DNA of 64,000 nt. Origin: an uncultured Aeromonadales bacterium (lineage in GTDB: Bacteria > Pseudomonadota > Gammaproteobacteria > Enterobacterales > Succinivibrionaceae). A model generated the notes under the pieces. It did not search any database and was not told the DNA's origin. It was given only the letters and a program-made list of their open reading frames with translations. Positions 39,698 through 52,412 of this stretch are shown piece by piece. Location of the stretch: NCBI GenBank assembly GCA_902782145.1, contig CACZLZ010000008.1:23327-87326 (forward strand), given 5' to 3'. Made by a program: the position numbers and the translations under genes. Every line of letters begins with the position of its first letter. The stretch's first letter is position 1.

Positions 39698-39718
39698 TTT
39701 TTGACTGCCAGTCAAAAA
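39698..39718. promoter_or_regulatory. perfect 21-bp palindrome TTTTTGACTG-C-CAGTCAAAAA in the flrA/pseB divergent region (candidate operator)
   Basis: Read directly: 10-nt arms are exactly complementary. It lies about 190 bp upstream of flrA and about 290 bp upstream of pseB. Confidence 0.4.
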
Positions 39719-39957
39719 TGCGTCACCAATCCCGGCAGGGCAGATCAGTGCCTGGTCGGCGCTGACGGGAGGCGGCGGAAGGGAGGAAGCACAGAAAACA
39801 CAGACAGGTCCGGGAAAGGGTTGAGCAGGAGGATACAGAGTGTTTTCCGGCGGCCCGGTTTCCAAAAATTCAGGACAGATCCAACAAAAAATGCCCCAAA
39901 GACGGTAGCATGACCATATCTTCCAGAAGGCTGCGGCCCCCGGGGGCCCACTGATGA

Positions 39958-42158
<2,201 letters not shown>

Positions 42159-42274
42159 GCAATCCGCTGACTGCCCTCCGGAGCACCGCTCCCCTGACTA
42201 CCTACGGAGCCTCACCCTTGGCTCCGGAAGGCGCGCCGGCACGCCGGTTTTTCAGTAACCCCAAAACCGCAAAA

Positions 42275-42299
42275 GTTCCCTACCCCGGGAACTTTTTTT
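42275..42299 (+). terminator. rho-independent terminator after pseBC
   Basis: GTTCCC-tacccc-GGGAAC followed by TTTTTTT. Confidence 0.7.
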
Positions 42300-42347
42300 C
42301 ATATTTCCACCATTGATCGCATTTCGCAGATCAGCGGGAAATTCATG

Positions 42348-42377
42348 TTAAACAAATGCCCTCCCAGCCCCTATAAT
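42348..42377 (+). promoter_or_regulatory. candidate sigma70 promoter for malE
   Basis: TTAAAC-N18-TATAAT, about 70 nt upstream of the malE ATG. Confidence 0.3.
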
Positions 42378-42448
42378 GTCCCCGGTTCCGTGTGAACCGG
42401 CGCAGGTGCAGACCTGCTTCTTAGTCTCTTATGGAAAAGGATTTTCAA

Positions 42449-43633
42449 ATGACCAGAAAAATCATTGCATCTTTGGTTGCCGCTGTCACCCTCGGCTTGT
42501 CCGCCACAGCCGGCGCCGGTATTGAGGCCGGCAAGCTGGTGGTCTGGGTAAACGGCGACAAGGGATACAACGGCATCGAGAAAGTCGGCAAGAAGTTCAC
42601 TGAGGAGCAGGGTGTGCCCGTTGAGGTGGCCCATCCCGACGGCGTGGAGAACAAGTTCCAGCAGGCTGCCGCCACCGGCAACGGTCCCGACATTTTCATG
42701 TGGGCCCATGACCGCTTCGGCGAGTGGCAGAAAGCCGGTCTCCTCTCCGAGCTGACCCCCAGCAAGGAGTTCATCGCCAAGTTCCAGAAGTTCGCCTGGG
42801 ACGCCGTGTCCATTGACGGCAAGATTTACGGCTACCCCATTGCCATTGAGGCCATCGGTCTCATCTGCAACAAGGATCTGGTGAAGCAGGCCCCCAAGAA
42901 CTTCGAGGACTTCGAGGCTCTGGACAAGCAGCTCCAGGCCAAGGGCAAGAAGGCCATCATGTGGGACTACACCACTCCCTACTTCTCCTATCCCCTGATC
43001 GCAGCCAACGGCGGCTATGCCTTCAAGAAGGTGGGATCCGGCAAATATGACATCTCCGACACCGGCGTCAACAATGACGGCGCCAAGAAGGGTGTGAACT
43101 TCCTGGTGGACATCATCAAGAAGGGACTCATGGCCAAGGGCACCGACTACGGCGTCATGGACTCCTCCTTTGCCAAGGGCGATGTGGCCTGTATCATCAC
43201 CGGCCCCTGGGCATGGTCCAACTATGACGGCAAGATCAACTACTCCGTCAACGCACTGCCCAGCCTCGCCGGCAAGCCTGCCAAGGCCTTCGTAGGCGTT
43301 CTGGCAGCCACCATCAACGCCCAGTCCCCCAACAAGGATCTGGCCACCACCTTCCTTGAGGACTACCTGCTCACCGATGCCGGCCTGAAGGCGGTCAACG
43401 ATGACAAGGCCCTGGGCGCCGTGGCCCTGAAGTCCTTCCAGAAGGTCCTGGAAAAGGATCCCCGGATCAAGGCAACCATGGCCAACGCCATCAACGGTGA
43501 GCCTATGCCCAATGTTCCTGAGATGAACCGCTTCTGGGCTGCCTTCCAGCAGGCTCTGAGAAACTCCACCACCGGCCGTCAGACCGTGGACGAGGCTCTG
43601 AAGGTTGCTGCCGAGCGTATCGCCGTCAAGTGA
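42449..43633 (+). CDS. malE: maltose/maltodextrin-binding periplasmic protein MalE
   Basis: [40 protein letters not shown]...[15 protein letters not shown] closely follows E. coli MalE. Signal peptide present. Start at ATG 42449 (AAGGA upstream). Confidence 0.9.
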   Translation: MTRKIIASLVAAVTLGLSATAGAGIEAGKLVVWVNGDKGYNGIEKVGKKFTEEQGVPVEVAHPDGVENKFQQAAATGNGPDIFMWAHDRFGEWQKAGLLSELTPSKEFIAKFQKFAWDAVSIDGKIYGYPIAIEAIGLICNKDLVKQAPKNFEDFEALDKQLQAKGKKAIMWDYTTPYFSYPLIAANGGYAFKKVGSGKYDISDTGVNNDGAKKGVNFLVDIIKKGLMAKGTDYGVMDSSFAKGDVACIITGPWAWSNYDGKINYSVNALPSLAGKPAKAFVGVLAATINAQSPNKDLATTFLEDYLLTDAGLKAVNDDKALGAVALKSFQKVLEKDPRIKATMANAINGEPMPNVPEMNRFWAAFQQALRNSTTGRQTVDEALKVAAERIAVK

Positions 43634-43660
43634 TCTGAGATCCTCCTGACGTATGCATGA

Positions 43661-43686
43661 GGCCCCTCCCCGGAGGGGCCTTTTGA
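43661..43686 (+). terminator. rho-independent terminator after malE
   Basis: GGCCCCTCC..GGAGGGGCC hairpin followed by TTTTGACTTT. Confidence 0.65.
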
Positions 43687-43859
43687 CTTTCCGCAAGAAG
43701 GATCCGCGACCGTGAAAAGTCAGGATCGGAAGACAGTCAAGCCTCCCTCCGGACTCCGGAGCGGGTGCGCTGCCGGATTCTGCCGCCTGATTTTGGTAAA
43801 ATGCCCAAGTCACAGTAAACTCATCTCCAGAAAACCGTTTTCCCGGCAAGGCACACCCT

Positions 43860-44918
43860 ATGGCACCCCGAATTCCCCATGCCAAGATCAGAAGTTTCAT
43901 CATTTCCTTGTTCAGGGAAAGCCCCCGGCTTACCACCAAAGCCTTAACCCAGCGGATCATCGAAGAATTTCCCCTCAAAGAAGTCACTGCCAAGGAGCAC
44001 ATCAAACGCCTGACCTATCGCCGGGTTCTGGAGGGGCTGGCCGAAGGACGGGAAAACGTCTACCAGCTGAAAAAACTACGCTTGGACAAATTCACCTTTC
44101 GACCAGCCGCGGACAGAGACGCCCTCAGGATCCTCCATGAGGTTATTGCCCCCGCCCTCTCCTTTCAGGGCAAAGCATGCAGTGAGATCCTTGGCAGCTG
44201 TTTTGCGGCCGTCTACAGCAATGCCGTTGAACATTCCGGAGCCACAGAGATCAAAGTGGAACTCCAGACCACGGTCCTGAACACCGCCCTGATCATCAGA
44301 GACAATGGCATAGGCATTTTCCGGAAGATCCAAAAAGATCTGGATCTTGATGATGAGGAGCAGGCCCTGCTTGATCTGGCAAAGGGCAAGTGCACTTCAG
44401 ATCCGGCCAGACACCAAGGCGGGGGGATCTTCTTTTCCTGCAAAGCCTGCGGCTACTTTCAGATCACATCGGGAGATCTGGTGTATTCTCAGAGTCAGGG
44501 GCTGAACTGCGGCTGCTATGAAGAGCCTCCCTGCCCTTACCCATCAGGCACAGAGGTGGTGATGTGCGTGTCCCGCCACGCAGCCCGCACCATGGCGAAA
44601 ATTTATGAACAGTACTCCTCTGCAGAGGGTGCTTTTACCCGGACCCGGATCCCGGTGGCGCTGCTCTGCCGCCGCAATTTGAATCCGGTGTCCCGGGCCC
44701 AGGCCAGGCGGCTTCTGACCAGGCTCGATCAGTTCAAATGTGTGGAACTGGATTTTGCGGGCATTGATATGATGGGGCAAGCTTTTGCCGATGAGGTCTT
44801 CAGAGTGTATGCCCAAAAGCACCCGGAGATCAGGATCACTGCGGTGAATGCAAACCGTGATATTCTCAAAATGGTAAAGCATGTACTAACTGACAGCACT
44901 CAAGCCATCTTCTCATGA
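43860..44918 (+). CDS. wHTH - GHKL (HATPase_c) ATPase - STAS-like (DUF4325-type) fusion protein
   Basis: N-box SNAVEHSGA, G1 IIRDNGIGIF and G2 HQGGGIFF. The C-terminal VELDFAGIDMMGQAFADEVFRVY resembles the DUF4325 STAS-like signature. The N-terminal 80 aa look like a winged helix. Confidence 0.6.
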   Translation: MAPRIPHAKIRSFIISLFRESPRLTTKALTQRIIEEFPLKEVTAKEHIKRLTYRRVLEGLAEGRENVYQLKKLRLDKFTFRPAADRDALRILHEVIAPALSFQGKACSEILGSCFAAVYSNAVEHSGATEIKVELQTTVLNTALIIRDNGIGIFRKIQKDLDLDDEEQALLDLAKGKCTSDPARHQGGGIFFSCKACGYFQITSGDLVYSQSQGLNCGCYEEPPCPYPSGTEVVMCVSRHAARTMAKIYEQYSSAEGAFTRTRIPVALLCRRNLNPVSRAQARRLLTRLDQFKCVELDFAGIDMMGQAFADEVFRVYAQKHPEIRITAVNANRDILKMVKHVLTDSTQAIFS

Positions 44919-45312
44919 CAAAGTCTTTTCTGGCTCTCCTGTAGACGGGCCGATGGCTTTTGATGCGCAAGCACGGTGCTAAAGCCTTTGAGCGCTTTCA
45001 CAACTCACAGCAACTTTTTCTTCTGATCCCGGTCTCAGACAGTTTTATTAACCGCTGACGGCGCCATCCCGTGAGATCCGCCGGCTCTCACCGCCCGGAT
45101 CCGGCTGATCTGTCCGGCCCTTCCACCCTGCCGCAGTTCTGACCGCCGGATCCGTTCCGCCCCTTATGCCACCGTGCATGCCACCCGGGAGCACCGGAGC
45201 CGCACCATCCTTCCGCCGTCCTTTTTCCCCTGCCGCACCCGGCCAAGCCCAGTCCCGCCTTAAAAAACAGCCCTGAAACTGCTATCATATGGTTTCAAGG
45301 AGAACCTCAGCC

Positions 45313-48300
45313 ATGCCCAGATCCATCCCCCGTCTGTCCCGCCTCATCAGCAGCCTCATCACCGCCTTCGTCCTCCTGTTCCTTTCATTCCCCGCCATCG
45401 CCGGGGTGGTGAACCTGGCGGATATCAAGCCGGAGACCTACCGTGCCCAGCTGGACGAGCTCAACAGCCGATCGGCCCTGTCGGAGACTGAGAAGCTCAC
45501 CCGCAACGATCTGGTGAGCATCCTGGAGACCATCACCCAGTACGAGCAGGCCAAGGCCATGTATGAGCGGGTGCAGGAGGCGGCAAAGAACTCCCCGGCC
45601 ACCATCAGCGAGTTCCAGCAGAAGAAGGAGAAACTGGAGAAGGAATACGCCCGGAAGAAGCTCCCGGATCTGAGCCGCATGAAGGACAAGGAGATCATGG
45701 CGGCCCTCCATGAGATCCGCCAGCAGCGGGAAGAGACCATGAAGCTGCTGGAGGAGGACCGGAAGAAGCTCACCTCCATCAACGCCATTTCCGAATACAC
45801 CCAGAGGAACGAGATCCAGTACCAGGACAGCATCCACAACAACAAGCAGAAGATCTCCGACGGCAATCTCCGCCCCCTGGAGGAAATGGCCCTCCAGGCC
45901 CAGATCAGCTACTGCGAGTATTATCTGCAGTACCTGCAGTTCCTGAACTCCGCCCACAACTCCCTGCAGGAGCTGGTGTCCGCCCGGATCGCCTACTACC
46001 AGTACAAACTGGACCGGGAGACGGAGATCAAGGACAAGTACACCCTGCGCATGGATCAGATCCGCAGCGACGCCAGCCTGCTGGAGGACATGGAGCTGCA
46101 GATGAAGCAGGCGGAGATCAAGGTACCCGAAAACGCCCGGTCGGCCTCCTCAGACTACCTGGAGGAGGAGAACCGGAACTACCTGGTCCAGATCCGGGCG
46201 ACCATTGTGGACATCAACTCCTACAGCCGGGAGAACCGGGAGCTTGCCAAGATCCTGGAGACCGCCAGCAAGGTGGAAAACAACGTCAACTCCCTGATCG
46301 ACACCCTTTCAGACTCCCTGTTCCTCTCCCAGATGATGGCCATCCAGCAGAAAAGCATCCCGGAGTTTGTCTCAGCCTACAACGCCGAGGAGTTGCTGTC
46401 AGAGGTCCGGCTGGAGCAGTACGATCTGAACACCAAGGAAATGTCCATCCGCAACCCCCAGGAGTACCGGGAATACCTGAAGCGGAAATACGATGAGACC
46501 TGGGACGAGGCCCAGTCCGCGGCGGTGGACAAGCTGCTCATCCAGCAGCAGGAGCTGCTAGAGCAGTACAAGGACAAGCTCTACAAGAAGGTCAACATCC
46601 TGGTGAACATCCAGATGAACACCTCCATGTACCAGCGCACCAAGCAGAACATCAACGACACCATCAACAAGAAGGTGTTCTGGCTCCAGTCCAACCAGCG
46701 CTTCAGCATCAACTGGCTGAAGAACCTGCCCGCCCAGGTGCACCGGGAGGTCACCGGCACGGAGTTCTTCTTCAGCGGCAAGAAGTTCCTGGTCAACCTG
46801 TTTGACAACATCCACAAGATCCTGGGGGTGTTCCTCATCAGCCTGGTGATCATCATGTTCCACCAGCGCATGGACGATCGGATCAGCCAGCTGAACGCCG
46901 CCATCGGATCCTACCGGAAGGATCGGCACATCAACACCGCCGAGGCGGTGTTCCTCACCGCCCTGCGCTGCGCCAACTGGGCCTGCTGGTCCCTGATCGT
47001 CGGCTGGCTGCTGAAATATATGACCATCCGGATCGGCACTTATGACATCGGCGAGGTTGCCAGCACCGACAACGGCCGCATCGCCCTACTGATCCTGCTC
47101 ATCAGCATCACCCGTTTCACCCTGGGCCCCCATGACATCTGCCGGCCCCATTTCGGCCTGAACATCTCCCGGGGCAGCTGCCGGGCCCACATCTGCTTCC
47201 TGATCCTGCTGGCGGTGCTCTCCCTGTCCTGCACCTGCAAGACCCTCTACCCCCACACCTTCGCCACCGACGTCATCGGGCAGATCATCTTCTTTGTGCT
47301 GCTGCTGGCCATCTTCCTGATCATGCTCCGCTACGCCTGGGACTGCGTCAGGAACCCCGCTAGCTCCCTGCTGACCCGCACGGTGCTCATCGGGGCGGCC
47401 TTTATCCCCGCCTCCCTCCTGGGCTTCCTGTGCATGGGGTACTTCTACTCCACAGTGAAGCTGGCCGAGCGGTTCATTGACACCTACTTTCTCATCGTCC
47501 TGTGGGTGGTGATCTACTTCATCATCGTCCGCAGCCTGTCCGTCACCAGCCGCCGCATGGCCTTCCGGCGCAAGCTGGACGAGCGGGAGCAGAAGCGCCG
47601 GGAGAAGCTTGCCGAGGAGCACGGCCGGGCCGATGACGACACCGAGGCCGCCGTGGAGGCCGACGAGATGATGCCCGTGTCGGACATCTCCAAGCAGGCC
47701 CAGAGCATCACCAAGATCTCCATGTTCACCATTGCCGCAGTGATCATCTATTTCATCTGGGCCGACTTCATCACCATCATCTCCTACCTGGACAACATCA
47801 ACCTGTGGTCCGTCACCTCCGGGGATCCCACGGCGGGCGTCACCACCAGGAAGATCTCCCTGGGGGATCTGCTGATCTCCGTCTACACCCTGATCATGAT
47901 GGTGCTGTTTGTGCAGAACATGCCGGGCCTTTTGGAGATCACCGTCCTCAACCGCTTCAACGCCACCCGGCGGGTGAGCTACTCCATCAAGACACTGTTC
48001 ACCTACATCATCATCGCCCTGGGCCTGTCCCTGTCCCTGTCCCGGCTGGGGGTGTCCTGGGAAAAACTCCAGTGGCTGGTGGCAGCACTGTCGGTGGGAC
48101 TGGGCTTCGGCCTCCAGGAGATCTTCGCCAACTTCGTCTCCGGCATCATCATCCTGTTTGAGCGCCCGGTGCGCCTGGGGGACGTGGTGACCATCAACGG
48201 CACCACCGGCATCGTGTCCCGGATCCGGATCCGGGCCACCACCATTGTGGACTTTGACAAGAAGGATCTCATCATCCCCAACAAGATCTTCATCACCTCC

Positions 48301-48756
48301 CAGCTGACCAACTGGTCCCTGAACGAGGAGTGCCTCACCCGGATGATCATCAAGGTGGGAGTGGGCTACGGATCTGACGTGCGCCTGGTCCATGACACCC
48401 TCATGCGCATCGCCGAAAGGAACCGCTTTGTCCTCAGGACCCCGCCCTTCTATGTGGTCTTCATTGGCTTTGGGGACAGCAACCTGGACTTCCAGCTCAT
48501 GGTGTTCATTGAGAAGATCAAGGACTACTACCCCACCATCGACAGCCTGAACACGGATATCTACAACGAGTTCTCCCGCCTGGGGATCGAGATCGCCTTC
48601 AACCAGGTTGATCTGTTCATCAAGAACACCCGCACCGGCGACGAGGTCAGAGTCCTCACCGGAACGGAGCAGGAGGAGAGCCGGCAAGCTAAGGAGGAGG
48701 ATCCGGACACAGGATCGGAAAGCCGCCATCTCCCCCCGGGGAAAGCCCGGGCCTGA
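45313..48756 (+). CDS. mscK: large mechanosensitive channel, MscK/KefA family
   Basis: Signal peptide, long coiled-coil periplasmic domain and multiple TM segments. C-terminal MscS core is LGFGLQEIFANFVSGIIILFERPVRLGDVVTINGTTGIVSRIRIRATT. Start at ATG 45313 (AAGGAGA upstream). Confidence 0.85.
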   Translation: MPRSIPRLSRLISSLITAFVLLFLSFPAIAGVVNLADIKPETYRAQLDELNSRSALSETEKLTRNDLVSILETITQYEQAKAMYERVQEAAKNSPATISEFQQKKEKLEKEYARKKLPDLSRMKDKEIMAALHEIRQQREETMKLLEEDRKKLTSINAISEYTQRNEIQYQDSIHNNKQKISDGNLRPLEEMALQAQISYCEYYLQYLQFLNSAHNSLQELVSARIAYYQYKLDRETEIKDKYTLRMDQIRSDASLLEDMELQMKQAEIKVPENARSASSDYLEEENRNYLVQIRATIVDINSYSRENRELAKILETASKVENNVNSLIDTLSDSLFLSQMMAIQQKSIPEFVSAYNAEELLSEVRLEQYDLNTKEMSIRNPQEYREYLKRKYDETWDEAQSAAVDKLLIQQQELLEQYKDKLYKKVNILVNIQMNTSMYQRTKQNINDTINKKVFWLQSNQRFSINWLKNLPAQVHREVTGTEFFFSGKKFLVNLFDNIHKILGVFLISLVIIMFHQRMDDRISQLNAAIGSYRKDRHINTAEAVFLTALRCANWACWSLIVGWLLKYMTIRIGTYDIGEVASTDNGRIALLILLISITRFTLGPHDICRPHFGLNISRGSCRAHICFLILLAVLSLSCTCKTLYPHTFATDVIGQIIFFVLLLAIFLIMLRYAWDCVRNPASSLLTRTVLIGAAFIPASLLGFLCMGYFYSTVKLAERFIDTYFLIVLWVVIYFIIVRSLSVTSRRMAFRRKLDEREQKRREKLAEEHGRADDDTEAAVEADEMMPVSDISKQAQSITKISMFTIAAVIIYFIWADFITIISYLDNINLWSVTSGDPTAGVTTRKISLGDLLISVYTLIMMVLFVQNMPGLLEITVLNRFNATRRVSYSIKTLFTYIIIALGLSLSLSRLGVSWEKLQWLVAALSVGLGFGLQEIFANFVSGIIILFERPVRLGDVVTINGTTGIVSRIRIRATTIVDFDKKDLIIPNKIFITSQLTNWSLNEECLTRMIIKVGVGYGSDVRLVHDTLMRIAERNRFVLRTPPFYVVFIGFGDSNLDFQLMVFIEKIKDYYPTIDSLNTDIYNEFSRLGIEIAFNQVDLFIKNTRTGDEVRVLTGTEQEESRQAKEEDPDTGSESRHLPPGKARA

Positions 48757-48859
48757 GCCCAACAACCATGTGACAGCCCGCAGGTCTTCTGCGATAATTC
48801 AGCCAGTTTCCCGGGGGCGTCCCGACGCCGCCCGGGTTTTCCGTAACTTGCAACCAGGG

Positions 48860-49999
48860 ATGAAAAAGATGTTCAGCAAGCGCTCAGTCCTCACAGCACT
48901 ACTCACCTGCACCCTATCATTCTCCCTCCCCTGCACCACCGCCTGGGGAGACGGCGCAGCCCAGGAGGAGGAGAAGATCCTCTATGTTTACAACTGGAGC
49001 GAGTATGTGGCCGATGACACCATTGAGAACTTCGAGAAGGAAACCGGGATCAAGGTGGTCTATGATGTCTATGACTCCAACGAGGTGCTGGAAGCCAAGC
49101 TGATGGCCGGCAACTCCGGCTATGATGTGGTGGGACCGGGCTCCGATTTCCTGGCCCGGCAGATCAAGGCGGGGATCTTCCGCAAACTGGACAAGAGCCT
49201 GTTCCAGAACTACGGGAACCTGGATCCGGTGCAGATGAAGCTCCTGGCGGGGCTGGATCCGGACAACTCCTACGCCATCCCCTATCTGGTGGGCACCACC
49301 GGCATCGGCTACAACCCGGACAAGGTGGCCAAGGCCCTGGGAGGCGACGGGAAGATCACCTCCTGGGACGCTCTGTTCAAAAAGGAGAACATCAGCCGGC
49401 TGGGTGAATGCGGCGTGGCCGTGCTGAACGCCCCCACGGAGATCATGGGCACCGCCCTGCACTACCTGGGGCTGCCTGAGAACAGCACCGATCCCAAGGA
49501 CTACAAGAAGGCAGCCGCCAAGCTCCTGGAGATGCGCCCCCACATCCGTTACTTCCACTCCTCCCAGTTCATCACCGATCTGGCAACCGGGGAGATCTGC
49601 GTGGCCATCGGCTGGAGCGGAGACATCCTCCAGGGTGCTGACCGGGCCCGGGAGGCCGGCAACGGCATCAAAGTGGAATATGTGGTGCCCGAGGAAGGCG
49701 CCCTGATCTACTACGACATGCTGGCCATCCCCGCCGACGCCAAGCATCCGGGCAACGCCCACAAGTTCCTGGACTACATGATGCGGCCGGATGTCATGTC
49801 CAAGCTTTCCAGCTTCACCCACAACGCCGTGGCAGTGGTTCCGGCCATCCCCCTGGTGGTTCCTGAGGTCCGGGACAATCCCAATGTCTACATTCCCCAG
49901 GAGAAGATGGCCACCCGAATGTTCGTCAACCGGGTTCTGCCCCCGGAGATCAACAAACTGGTGACCAAACTCTGGATCCGGATCAAGCAAGGTAAGTGA
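48860..49999 (+). CDS. potF: putrescine/spermidine-binding periplasmic protein PotF
   Basis: ILYVYNWSEYVADDTIENFEKETGIKVVYDVYDSNEVLEAKLMAG...IRYFHSSQFITDLATGEICVAIGWSGD closely follows E. coli PotF. Signal peptide present. The upstream part of ORF 48608.. was discarded. Confidence 0.85.
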   Translation: MKKMFSKRSVLTALLTCTLSFSLPCTTAWGDGAAQEEEKILYVYNWSEYVADDTIENFEKETGIKVVYDVYDSNEVLEAKLMAGNSGYDVVGPGSDFLARQIKAGIFRKLDKSLFQNYGNLDPVQMKLLAGLDPDNSYAIPYLVGTTGIGYNPDKVAKALGGDGKITSWDALFKKENISRLGECGVAVLNAPTEIMGTALHYLGLPENSTDPKDYKKAAAKLLEMRPHIRYFHSSQFITDLATGEICVAIGWSGDILQGADRAREAGNGIKVEYVVPEEGALIYYDMLAIPADAKHPGNAHKFLDYMMRPDVMSKLSSFTHNAVAVVPAIPLVVPEVRDNPNVYIPQEKMATRMFVNRVLPPEINKLVTKLWIRIKQGK

Positions 50000-50005
50000 G
50001 CATGG

Positions 50006-50052
50006 GGATCAGATCCTCTGCCGGCACCGGATCCGGTGCCAGGATCTGATCC
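50006..50052. terminator. long imperfect palindrome between convergent potF and the sulfatase-family gene
   Basis: GGATCAGATCCT...GGCACCGGA|TCCGGTGCC AGGATCTGATCC. No clear U-tract. Confidence 0.35.
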
Positions 50053-50239
50053 TTGGGGCACCCAGTGTGCCTGCCCCTGCCACTCCCTGCCAGTACCCGA
50101 CAGGGATATACCTCCGCAGCCGCCATCTGGCGGCTGTGCGGTTTCCGGGATCCGGAGACCGGCGGTGCCTGCCACAGGATCACGGCCACCAGTCCCCCGG
50201 GTTGGGATCACACTCCTCTGGATCAGGATCCTCCGGCGG

Positions 50240-52240
50240 CTACGGCTGTTCCTCCCCGGGCTCCGCCTGGACGGTGAACAGCACATTCAGCAGTTTCTCA
50301 TAACTGTCATGCCGTCTCTGCAGATCACTGCTGTCAAGGCTGCTCTCCAGGCCGGAAGGATCCAGAAGGAAGTCCTCGTTGTAGGCGAAGTCAAACCGGC
50401 AGGGCTCATCAGACAGCAGATCGCATCCCGTGCTGATGTACTCCTGACCGCTTAAGGTGTGCTCAATCAGTGTGGGAAAGATATCCTTGTGGCTGGCCAC
50501 CCGATCCGGTCGGTACCGGATCTCATCCTGGTCAACATAAGCCGGGGGAATATAGAGGGAGAACAGCACGCCCCGGGCGGTCAGCAGGGGATCATGGCGC
50601 AGATCATAAATCCCCAGCCGGGCGTTGTGATCACCAGTGAAGGCGACAAAGGTCCGGGGTCCCAGATCCGGATCATCCTTTATCCCCTGGATGAAGCTGC
50701 CCAGCATCTCCGCAGCATAACGGTAGGTGGACATGTGCTTCCGGATCTCCTCCTCCCCCTTGCCGGGAAAGCCCGCAAAGATCCCGGGCACAAAGTTCAG
50801 CTCCTCATGGCCATGGTAACCCTCAGGCAGATCATAGGGGGGATGGTTGGTGGTGTTGAGGATAAACACCGCCTTGGGCCGGCTGCTGCCGTCATGCAGA
50901 AGATCCATGACGGCCCGGTACACATACCCGTCGGAGATCCCCCAGTAGAGTTGCTCGGCCTTGGGATAGCGGACAAGGATATCGTCGGCACAGATCACCC
51001 GGGTGATACCGTTGGCCTTCAGGATCTGGCCCATATTCCCCCACCCGCAGGCGGAGCCCATGACAAAGTAGGTGTCATACCCGCTTTGGGCATAGGGTCT
51101 GAGAACAAAGGACGGGTACGACAGTCGCCCGTACCGCGTATGAAAGGGCAGCATCCACTGGGATGTCCGGAACAACAGCCGGATCAGTGAGCGCTGAGTG
51201 GCATTGCCGTCAGAGAAAAACTGTCGGAAGGTGTAGTCCTGATCCAGCGCCCCTGCCAGGGTGCTGAGAATGTCAAAGGACGGGGCTTCAAAGGTGGAGA
51301 AGTGCACCCCCAGGCTCTCCGACAGGACAAACACCACATTAGGCCGGTGCTCCTCAAGATAGGGCCTGTTCCTGGTCCTCACTGTCAGCGCCTGGAGGAT
51401 CTCCTCCCTGCTGGCAGCGCCGGCGGCGGGCAGGCCGAACTCACCGGCAACCTTGTGCCAGGTTTGGCGCCAGTTCCGATCCGGCTCAATCTTCATGGAT
51501 CGGCGGTGATCCTGAAAGGCATTGACGATCAGGGAAACCGGATTACCCCGGGCCTGGTTGATGACGTTGACAGTGGATATGTCGGCAAACTGATAGGATC
51601 GGGACTGGATACGCTGACTCCGGAAGCCCCCCTGGTAACAGAGCCCTGCGCAGATCCCGCCCAGAAGCAGGATCAGGATGCAGTGCTTCGGAGAAAGGGC
51701 GGCCGCAAACCGCTCCCCTGCAGGGATCTGCCACCGGAGCAGCAGGAACAGTACCGTCAGGATCAGCAGCAGCCCGGCCAGGATCCAGCCCAGGGGATAA
51801 CCGCCGGCAATGGTGGCCGCCAGGGCCCCAAGATCCTCATTCAGAAAGTTGAAGAAGAAGGTGTCGATGCTGCGGCTGAAGGTCTGGTAAAAGTAGTGGT
51901 TCAGCACCGAGGCGGCGGCGCACAGCGTCAGGAACAGGGCATACAGACCCGCTGACAGACTGGTGAAGCTGATCCTGGGGAACAGGATCCTGAGCAGGAA
52001 GTTCAGAGCGCCCAGGCATAGCAGGATCTTGATCAGAAAGTGGGCGTCCAGCTGCAGAGCCACCCGGAAGAGTTCAGCCAGCTCCCCCAGATGGGTCCCG
52101 GGATCCTCCTGGAGAAAGGCCCCAAGGAGTGCCAGGCGTCCTGCCATGAAAAGCCCTGTGCCCAGCAGCAGGACAGCAAAGGTCTGAAGCAGCGCCCAGG
52201 ACGCCACCCGGAGGGGGAAGGCTAGTTTGTCAGATGTCAT
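50240..52240 (-). CDS. LTA-synthase/sulfatase-family membrane phosphotransferase (OpgB/EptA-like)
   Basis: N-terminal multi-TM region followed by a sulfatase-like domain (PNVVFVLSESLG..., FTGDHN). Start was chosen at ATG 52240 (MTSDKLAF). The ORF is open to 52402. Confidence 0.75.
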   Translation of the reverse strand: MTSDKLAFPLRVASWALLQTFAVLLLGTGLFMAGRLALLGAFLQEDPGTHLGELAELFRVALQLDAHFLIKILLCLGALNFLLRILFPRISFTSLSAGLYALFLTLCAAASVLNHYFYQTFSRSIDTFFFNFLNEDLGALAATIAGGYPLGWILAGLLLILTVLFLLLRWQIPAGERFAAALSPKHCILILLLGGICAGLCYQGGFRSQRIQSRSYQFADISTVNVINQARGNPVSLIVNAFQDHRRSMKIEPDRNWRQTWHKVAGEFGLPAAGAASREEILQALTVRTRNRPYLEEHRPNVVFVLSESLGVHFSTFEAPSFDILSTLAGALDQDYTFRQFFSDGNATQRSLIRLLFRTSQWMLPFHTRYGRLSYPSFVLRPYAQSGYDTYFVMGSACGWGNMGQILKANGITRVICADDILVRYPKAEQLYWGISDGYVYRAVMDLLHDGSSRPKAVFILNTTNHPPYDLPEGYHGHEELNFVPGIFAGFPGKGEEEIRKHMSTYRYAAEMLGSFIQGIKDDPDLGPRTFVAFTGDHNARLGIYDLRHDPLLTARGVLFSLYIPPAYVDQDEIRYRPDRVASHKDIFPTLIEHTLSGQEYISTGCDLLSDEPCRFDFAYNEDFLLDPSGLESSLDSSDLQRRHDSYEKLLNVLFTVQAEPGEEQP

Positions 52241-52412
52241 AGGAAGTTCCGTCAGAAATGCGAAGAAGATGGATCGGTTGTGGGGATCCAGCAGCGGGAG
52301 CCCTGCAAGACAGTGATCCGTTGAGAGCCGCAGCAATGGGGAGACAACCGGAGTGGCACTGGCAATGAAGTGATCCGGAGTTCCCCGGCCATGGAGAGAC
52401 ACAGAACTGCCA

